Of a stretch of 64,000 nucleotides of DNA, positions 57,885 through 64,000 are shown piece after piece (positions within the stretch are counted from its first letter, which is position 1; the number at the start of each line of letters is the position of its first letter). The stretch is from assembly GCA_029571985.1 (NCBI GenBank), contig JAKQVC010000147.1:13446-77445 (forward strand), given 5' to 3'. This DNA comes from Bacteroidota bacterium. GTDB taxonomy: Bacteria; Bacteroidota; Bacteroidia; Chitinophagales; BACL12. The notes under the pieces are model-generated. The model saw only the letters and a program-made list of their open reading frames with translations. It did no database searches and was not told where the DNA came from. The position numbers and the translations under genes are program-made.

Positions 57885-58763
57885 TTATTTTTTGCGTTGC
57901 GCCATCGGTCTGCGGTTTCCACCTCCTGGTTTACCAGGACCACGACCTCCACCTCTTGGGTTGCGACCGCTTTTTTCGCGATCAGCTTCCTCTTCATTGA
58001 TGCGCACTTTAACATCATCACCATTTTCATCACCTTCTTCGTGGCGTGCTGCTTCATCTAACTCTTCTTTGCTCTTCGCACGCTCTTCTAATCCTTCAAC
58101 AATGGCGTCTGTCAAATATTTAACAATGATGGCTATTGATTTAGCTGCATCGTCATTTGCAGGAACGGCAAAGTCAACTTTGTTCGGATCACAGTTGGTA
58201 TCAACCATACCGAAAGTTGTAATGTTCAGGCGGTGTGCTTCTGCAATCGCAATGTGCTCATGACCAATGTCAACAATTAAAAGCGCTGCAGGCAAACGGT
58301 TTAACTGCGCAACACCACCAATTACTTTTTCAAGTTTGTCGCGCTCACGACCTAACACGAGACGCTCCTTTTTAGTCATGTTTTCTGCAGAACCATCAGC
58401 TAACATTTTATCGATAGCCTGTAATTTCTTGATGCTCTTGCGGATAGTAGTAAAGTTGGTGAGCATACCACCTAACCAACGCTCGGTAGCAAATGGCATG
58501 CCTACTCTGCGTGCCTGCTCTTCCATAATCTCCTTCGCTTGCTTCTTCGTTGCAACAAACATGATCTTTTTACCGCTACGGGCAATAGATTTTAATGCAG
58601 CTGCAGATTCATCAAGCTTCTCCAGAGTTTTATTTAAATCAATGATGTGAATACCTTTTTTCTCCATGAAAATATAAGGCAACATCTTCGGATTCCATTT
58701 CTTGCGCAGGTGACCAAAATGCACGCCTGCTTCCAGAAGATCGTTATATGTAAGTTTTTCCAT
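57885..58763 (-). CDS. rpsB: 30S ribosomal protein S2 with a charged, Gly/Arg-rich C-terminal extension
   Basis: LLEAGVHFGH, ...IVDIGHEHIAIAEA. The tail is EELDEAARHEEGDENGDD...GRNPRGGGRGPGKPGGGNRRPMAQRKK. Confidence 0.95.
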   Translation of the reverse strand: MEKLTYNDLLEAGVHFGHLRKKWNPKMLPYIFMEKKGIHIIDLNKTLEKLDESAAALKSIARSGKKIMFVATKKQAKEIMEEQARRVGMPFATERWLGGMLTNFTTIRKSIKKLQAIDKMLADGSAENMTKKERLVLGRERDKLEKVIGGVAQLNRLPAALLIVDIGHEHIAIAEAHRLNITTFGMVDTNCDPNKVDFAVPANDDAAKSIAIIVKYLTDAIVEGLEERAKSKEELDEAARHEEGDENGDDVKVRINEEEADREKSGRNPRGGGRGPGKPGGGNRRPMAQRKK

Positions 58764-58781
58764 CTTGCTGTACTTGATCGA

Positions 58782-59168
58782 TTAACGTTTAGAGAATTGT
58801 GTAGCACGACGAGCTTTGCGCAAACCGAATTTCTTGCGCTCAACCATGCGGCTGTCACGTGTCATATATCCCTTTGCACGAAGGGCAGATTTCCATTCAG
58901 CATTATATTCAACCAATGCACGGGAAATACCGAGTTTGATTGCTTCAGCCTGACCCTTCACTCCGCCTCCGGTTGCATTGACATCAATGTCAAACTCAGC
59001 AAGCATGCCAACTGTTTCCAGTGGGTCTGTAATGTTATGTAAGAGGTGCGATACAGAAATATATTCCTTGTAATCCTTACCATTTACGGTAATGGTACCT
59101 TTTCCTTTTTTCAGAAATACGCGTGCAATAGCGTTTTTCCTTCTACCAACGGTATTAATAACGTCCAT
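58782..59168 (-). CDS. rpsI: 30S ribosomal protein S9
   Basis: 128 aa ending in ERKKFGLRKARRATQFSKR. Confidence 0.95.
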   Translation of the reverse strand: MDVINTVGRRKNAIARVFLKKGKGTITVNGKDYKEYISVSHLLHNITDPLETVGMLAEFDIDVNATGGGVKGQAEAIKLGISRALVEYNAEWKSALRAKGYMTRDSRMVERKKFGLRKARRATQFSKR

Positions 59169-59174
59169 GTATGA

Positions 59175-59615
59175 TTATTTTAACGTTTGTGGTTTTTGAG
59201 CGGTGTGCGGATGCTCAGCACCTGCATACACAAATAATTTTTTATACATCGCACGGCCAAGCTTGTTGTGCGGTAACATGCCTTTGATAGAACGCTCGAG
59301 CAACTTGTGCGGCTGGTTCGCTAATACCGTTTTAGGGTTAGCTACCTTGCGGCCTCCCGGATAACCGGTATACCAGTCAATCTCCTTTTCTAACATCTTC
59401 TTACCGGTCAGGCGAACCTTCTCAGCATTGATGATAATCACGTAATCACCACAATCTGTATGCGGCGTGAAATATGGCTTATTCTTGCCTCGCAGAATCG
59501 CCGCAACCTTTGTGCTCAATCGGCCTAAGGTCATGTTCTCGGCATCCACTATCCACCACGCACGTGTTACCATGGCGTCGTTTGCCGATTTGGTCTTATA
59601 ACTTAACATTTCCAC
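59175..59615 (-). CDS. rplM: 50S ribosomal protein L13
   Basis: LSYKTKSAN...WWIVDAENMTLGRL...AILRGK, typical of L13. GTG start at 59615; an ATG alternative is at 59609. Confidence 0.93.
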   Translation of the reverse strand: MEMLSYKTKSANDAMVTRAWWIVDAENMTLGRLSTKVAAILRGKNKPYFTPHTDCGDYVIIINAEKVRLTGKKMLEKEIDWYTGYPGGRKVANPKTVLANQPHKLLERSIKGMLPHNKLGRAMYKKLFVYAGAEHPHTAQKPQTLK

Positions 59616-59655
59616 TTTTTACAAGTTTGTTTTTGACCCGCTGAAAACGGGACGG

Positions 59656-59663
59656 CAAAGATA
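59656..59663 (-). promoter_or_regulatory. candidate -7 box (TAnnTTTG) of the rplM-rpsI operon
   Basis: The minus strand reads TATCTTTG about 40 nt upstream of the rplM start. It lies downstream of the terminator at 59698-59727. Confidence 0.45.
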
Positions 59664-59697
59664 GAAGTACCCCTGTCAAAAAACAAGCTATTTGGAC

Positions 59698-59727
59698 AAA
59701 AAAAAGCGAGTTACCGTTGTAACTCGC
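59698..59727 (-). terminator. rho-independent terminator of the protease two-gene unit
   Basis: On the minus strand, GCGAGTTAC-aacg-GTAACTCGC is followed by a T8 run. Confidence 0.7.
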
Positions 59728-59965
59728 TGATTATCAATGTTTTTTTCGTTCACATTTGAAAATGAATCTACGTGGTTAATGTAAGTTTTCGGTCTAACTG
59801 TATTAAAATATAATCCAATTGTGTATAATTTAATATACAACTTGAATGATTGGGAGAATTCGCATTATTAAATAATTACAACGTTAAATCTAAAACGAAC
59901 TTGCATTAACTTCATATTGATTATTTAAGTTTAGCCCTATCTGACTTTAAAGAATCATATGAAAA

Positions 59966-60880
59966 TCACCGCTTAATTGGTGTTTGTATGTTTTGAGACA
60001 TTTCTATGTAGGCGATACCTAAATGATTTTCAACAACTTTGCTTGCTAAAGTGCTGGAAAATGTGTGCATAAAAGCATGGTGAGTGGTCAAAATTAAATC
60101 TTGTAAATCATTATCCTCTTCCATGTCAACTATATTTAACCCTAATTCTTTGCATTTTTCTTTTGAGATATGTCTAGCATGTGATTTGTTATTTTCATGA
60201 CTGCCAAGGTCTTTAAGAATTTTTTCAGTAATGGTTTTATCGCCATTACACATATTTCTCATTAACCATTCTTCAACTAGCTTATCCGACCACTCAATTG
60301 CCTTTTGACATGCGCCAAGTAAAGTGGGATGATATTTACCAATTATACTTTGCCAAAGTGGAGCAGACCACGGTCTAACTTTTAAGTCATTGATGGCAGA
60401 GTCAAATTCACTTAAAATTCCTTGACATGCAATCCCACCCATCTGTGGATCAATTGGACCTAAATTAGACTGCTTTCCCATAACTATAGATTTACAAGAA
60501 AGGGCGATCATTGTCCCAGCAGACATTGAAATTTGAGGAATTATTGCACGCACATCTTTTCCAAACATGCTAAAGAGATAGTCAACAATGCTTTCAGTAG
60601 CGGCTAAATCACCACCTGGTGTGTGCAAAATTAAATCAAGCCCCTTCTTTCTGTCTAGTTTATGAATGCACACCATAAATGCGTTTTTATCACGATCATT
60701 TATAGAGGTATCAGAAGGGTTTTTATTTTGAAGCCAACCAGAGTAATATGCAATAGTATTTCGTCCAGTTTTATTGCTGATCTGAGCTAAATATTTTCTA
60801 CGTACAGTATCTATTGCATTACTGTTTCCATTCTGCGCCTCAACCTTGAGTTCATCTAAAACTTCCTTCCAATTAGGCAT
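59966..60880 (-). CDS. SDH-family Clp-fold serine proteinase (ClpP/SppA-like fold)
   Basis: 304 aa. LILHTPGGDLAATESIV...IPQISMSAGTMIAL...GPIDPQ resembles the ClpP/crotonase-fold Ser protease core of the serine dehydrogenase proteinase family. No signal peptide. AT-rich codon usage. Confidence 0.7.
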   Translation of the reverse strand: MPNWKEVLDELKVEAQNGNSNAIDTVRRKYLAQISNKTGRNTIAYYSGWLQNKNPSDTSINDRDKNAFMVCIHKLDRKKGLDLILHTPGGDLAATESIVDYLFSMFGKDVRAIIPQISMSAGTMIALSCKSIVMGKQSNLGPIDPQMGGIACQGILSEFDSAINDLKVRPWSAPLWQSIIGKYHPTLLGACQKAIEWSDKLVEEWLMRNMCNGDKTITEKILKDLGSHENNKSHARHISKEKCKELGLNIVDMEEDNDLQDLILTTHHAFMHTFSSTLASKVVENHLGIAYIEMSQNIQTPIKR

Positions 60881-60889
60881 TAGTACAAA

Positions 60890-61120
60890 TTAATAATTAG
60901 TAACTACAGGAAAATTGGTATCAGAGGCTGTTAAACCTGATTCTGTTTCTTGATATAATGATAACTTAATAAAGTAATCATAGTAATTAACCTCAAAGGA
61001 TTTTTCCTTCCAATGGTTGTATGATTCTGGAAAATAATCTTGATAAAGTTGATTGTAGTCTGGTTTAACCTCTTCAGTCTGCGAGGTTGTTATAAGCCAA
61101 GTTAGTGTATTCTCTACCAT
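60890..61120 (-). CDS. hypothetical small acidic, Tyr-rich protein, co-oriented 9 nt upstream of the protease gene
   Basis: 76-aa ORF whose stop lies 9 nt before the protease ATG. No TM segment and no motif I recognise. Coding status rests only on ORF length and operon-like spacing. Confidence 0.45.
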   Translation of the reverse strand: MVENTLTWLITTSQTEEVKPDYNQLYQDYFPESYNHWKEKSFEVNYYDYFIKLSLYQETESGLTASDTNFPVVTNY

Positions 61121-61395
61121 AGAATATTTATATTTTGCAATATATGAGATGATATGAACTCAAAAATAAATTAAATTGCTAATTAAAATACAATAGAAAT
61201 AAACATTTAATTAACCAGAAGTCCTACTATAGTGTTTGTGTGGACTTATGCGCGTCCAATATAATGGACAAGGAATTGACTGGATTATGTTTTTTTCAAA
61301 TGCCAGACTTAATATGTCTACATTTTTCAGATAACCAAAGGTGTTGCTGAAATTATTATTATAAGCCAATTGAAAACAAGTAACTAAAATTGTTT

Positions 61396-62076
61396 TTATC
61401 GACGACCCATGTAAATCATGATGTAGTAGATCAGGGTTGCTAAGCTTCCTAAAGCAGCTACAACATAAGTGTAACCTGCCCAGTTTAAGGCATCTTTGGC
61501 CTTGTCCATTTCCATAGAACCTGCAACAGTGCTGCCTTCCAGCCAGGCAATAGCCCTGCGGCTGGCATCAATTTCTACCGGAAGGGTCACGAAACTGAAT
61601 AAAGTGGTTATGCCAAATAGAATAATACCGGCTAATAATAAGGTGGTACCAAAGGAGTTAACCAGTAAGATACCCGCCAGAATAACCCACATCACCCATT
61701 GTGAGCTGATACTCACCACCGGCACCATCTTGCTGCGCATCTGCAACCAGCTATACTGGGTAGCATGCTGAACCGCATGTCCGCACTCATGTGCCGCAAC
61801 CGCAGCCGCCGCAATACTGTTGCTGTTGTAAACACCCTCACTCAGGTTAACCGTCTTGTTCACAGGATTGTAGTGGTCAGTCAACTGCCCCGCTACCGAG
61901 ATTACCTGCACATCGTGAATGCCATTCTCTGCAAGCATCCGCTCAGCAATATCCTTTCCGGTTAAACCTCCGCGAACAGGAATAGCTGAATACTTTTTGA
62001 ACTTATTTCTTAATACGCCTCCGACAATCATGCCGACAATGGCGAATACAATACCGATAATATAAGCGCCTATCAT
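61396..62076 (-). CDS. membrane zinc metallopeptidase (Zn_peptidase_2 / YpfJ-unrelated neutral peptidase family)
   Basis: N-terminal TM, HECGHAVQH zinc motif, and C-terminal TM segments. Confidence 0.75.
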   Translation of the reverse strand: MIGAYIIGIVFAIVGMIVGGVLRNKFKKYSAIPVRGGLTGKDIAERMLAENGIHDVQVISVAGQLTDHYNPVNKTVNLSEGVYNSNSIAAAAVAAHECGHAVQHATQYSWLQMRSKMVPVVSISSQWVMWVILAGILLVNSFGTTLLLAGIILFGITTLFSFVTLPVEIDASRRAIAWLEGSTVAGSMEMDKAKDALNWAGYTYVVAALGSLATLIYYIMIYMGRR

Positions 62077-62214
62077 ATCTGTTTAAATAATTGTTTGTGA
62101 ATGTTTGTATGTCTTCATCTGACGATTCAGAACCAAAAATATTGAATCTGTTTGTCTCCGATGGATGGTGTTAAAACCAATATCTGAATAACGTAAATGC
62201 CCCAAAAAAGTTTC

Positions 62215-62772
62215 TTATTTGTTAAACAGGTCGTGCGCATTTGGCGCCTGACGCTCAACTTCCGGGATAGCCAAAACCTCCTTACGGGTATATCGCATCA
62301 TATTGGCAATGATGTTAGATGGAAACATTTCAACCGCATTGTTGTAATTGGTTACCGCACTGTTGTAAGTCCGGCGGGCTGCAGATAATTGTTCTTCTAT
62401 CTCTGTCCAGGTGCCCTGCAGTTGTATAAAGTTGGTATTCGCTTTCAATTCAGGGTAGTTCTCAACGGCAATGCGCACTTTCCCTAACAAATTGGTAATG
62501 GCATCCTCAGTCCTAATCCGCTCCTCAGCCGGCATCCCTGGCTGAACATTTACCTGCTCACGTAAAGCAACAATTTTCGACAGGGTATCCTGTTCATAGG
62601 TCATATACTGCTTAACTATTTCAATCAGATTTGGAATCAGGTCGTACCGCTTCTTTAACATGGCGTCTATCGCACCATAAGCGTATTCAATTTGATTTTT
62701 TCGCCTGATCAGCGAGTTGTATAATACCGCTCCGATTAAAAAAATGGCTGCGGCTATAATAAGAATTACCAT
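62215..62772 (-). CDS. lemA: LemA family protein
   Basis: N-terminal TM, then NSLIRRKNQIEYAYGAIDAMLKKRYDLIPNL...YPELKAN...ARRTYNSAVTNYN, typical of LemA. Confidence 0.85.
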   Translation of the reverse strand: MVILIIAAAIFLIGAVLYNSLIRRKNQIEYAYGAIDAMLKKRYDLIPNLIEIVKQYMTYEQDTLSKIVALREQVNVQPGMPAEERIRTEDAITNLLGKVRIAVENYPELKANTNFIQLQGTWTEIEEQLSAARRTYNSAVTNYNNAVEMFPSNIIANMMRYTRKEVLAIPEVERQAPNAHDLFNK

Positions 62773-62860
62773 AGGTATGTGCTAATTTAATTCGAAGATA
62801 CATATAAAATTATCCATCTGCCAGCTTCCCCCTGCCGGAAATGGGTTGTTAGGGGATGCC

Positions 62861-63853
62861 CTATGCCACAATTTCTTCAACCGATAACCGGGCTATCTCA
62901 TCCAGAATACCAAATAAACCTTCAACCGTATTTTCCTGCACTAATTGATTGCGATAGTTGCGAATATTTGGTATGCCTTTAAAATAATTGGTATAGTGCC
63001 TGCGCATTTCCAGAATACCCAACACCGTTCCTTTCCATTCTACTGATTTAAGAATATGAAACTTAGCGGCATCAACGCGCTCCGCAAGTCCGGGCAATGG
63101 CGCATGCATCCCCGTTTTCAGATAATGTTTGATTTCATTGAAAATCCATGGATAGCCAATCGCTGCCCTACCAATCATCACGCCATCAACGCCATACCGG
63201 TTCTTCATTTCTAATGCCTTTTCTGGCGAATCAATATCCCCGTTGCCAAAAATCGGAATGCGCATACGCTGATTGTTTTTAACAGCGCCAATCAGCGTCC
63301 AGTCGGCATCTCCCTTATACATCTGCGCCCGCGTGCGCCCGTGAATGGTTAAAGCCTGAATGCCTATATCCTGTAAACGCTCTGCCACTTCCACAATGTT
63401 TTTTGTGGAATCGTCCCAGCCTAAACGTGTCTTAACCGTTACCGGCAATGAAGTGGCCTTCACAATTTCAGAAGTGAGCCGCACCATACGCGGAACATCA
63501 CGCAATATCCCGGCGCCACCGTCTTTACATACCACCTTTTTTACCGGACATCCAAAATTGATATCTAACAGGTCCGGCCCGGCCTCCTCCACAATTTGGG
63601 CACAACCTTTCATCACCTCAATATCTGCACCGAAAATCTGAATGCCAATCGGGCGTTCCTCCTCATAGAATTCAAGCTTTTTAGTACTTTTTTCTGCATG
63701 CCTGATTAAACCTTCGGTGCTGATAAACTCGGTATACATCATATCTGCACCATGCTGCTTGCACAATACACGAAATGGCGGATCACTCACATCCTCCATC
63801 GGCGCAAGCAACAAAGGAAACTCCGGTAAGGTGATTTTTCCTATCTGTGGCAT
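62861..63853 (-). CDS. dusB: tRNA-dihydrouridine synthase B
   Basis: LLLAPMEDVSDPPFR, DINFGCP, VTVKTRLGWD and HGRTRAQ motifs. Confidence 0.9.
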   Translation of the reverse strand: MPQIGKITLPEFPLLLAPMEDVSDPPFRVLCKQHGADMMYTEFISTEGLIRHAEKSTKKLEFYEEERPIGIQIFGADIEVMKGCAQIVEEAGPDLLDINFGCPVKKVVCKDGGAGILRDVPRMVRLTSEIVKATSLPVTVKTRLGWDDSTKNIVEVAERLQDIGIQALTIHGRTRAQMYKGDADWTLIGAVKNNQRMRIPIFGNGDIDSPEKALEMKNRYGVDGVMIGRAAIGYPWIFNEIKHYLKTGMHAPLPGLAERVDAAKFHILKSVEWKGTVLGILEMRRHYTNYFKGIPNIRNYRNQLVQENTVEGLFGILDEIARLSVEEIVA

Positions 63854-64000
63854 TGTGCAAAGATAATGCGAATTCTACCCAAATGAGCGCCACTCCGCTC
63901 CCGTAGCCTGTTTCACTTAATCGCGAATCAAAAGAATTCCCTTTCTTTGTTGCATGTTTGGCAGTATTAAACACCTGAACCTGATCGGTAAACTCCTCGT

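Noticed and set aside
57862-58263. 133-aa Pro/Ser-rich ORF antisense to rpsB, and similar long antisense ORFs at 6377-6817, 8193-8576, 14236-14645, 28379-28786, 30467-30883 and 63360-63641
   Set aside because: Each lies fully inside a well-supported conserved gene on the opposite strand and has low-complexity or biased composition. This is typical of shadow ORFs.
63954-64000. Possible plus-strand gene start (MFGSIKHLNLIGKLL...) at the right edge
   Set aside because: Only 15 codons are visible, with no recognisable motif or clear promoter box. This is insufficient to call a feature.

Overview
This is a 64-kb chromosomal segment that looks like a Bacteroidota genome. The evidence is eight predicted secreted proteins with T9SS C-terminal sorting domains (six type A, two type B/CHU_C), TAnnTTTG -7 promoter boxes, a PafA-type phosphatase, a GH92 mannosidase, and an rplM-rpsI-rpsB-tsf cluster. 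About 55 genes are called and most are housekeeping: gltX, tatD, anmK, birA, rsfS, ftsH, lpxH, prfA, ugd plus a UDP-xylose synthase, kpsF, rbfA, ribosomal proteins, tsf and dusB. There is one tRNA-Ser(GGA). I found no CRISPR array, transposase, integrase or prophage genes. Four regions are not ordinary. (1) At 10.9-11.8 kb, a repeat-dense non-coding stretch downstream of tRNA-Ser holds two truncated tRNA 3' copies. Each carries a 27-nt hairpin insertion in the T-loop and has its own terminator hairpin. Next to them is a duplicated ~120-130-bp element with iteron-like 9-mers. (2) At 35.9-40.7 kb there is an accessory, somewhat AT-richer block of T9SS cargo genes in decay. It includes an 893-codon glycoside-hydrolase-like gene whose frame is intact except for exactly three in-frame stop codons. 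(3) At 59.6-61.4 kb, an AT-rich two-gene insertion (a 76-aa acidic protein plus an SDH-family Clp-fold serine protease) sits just upstream of the ribosomal-protein promoter and has its own terminator. This is my best candidate for an uncharacterised accessory or defence-like module. (4) At 18.7-23.2 kb there is a tandem pair of paralogous type-B T9SS adhesin-like genes. All functional calls rest on motif recognition by eye. No database search was run.
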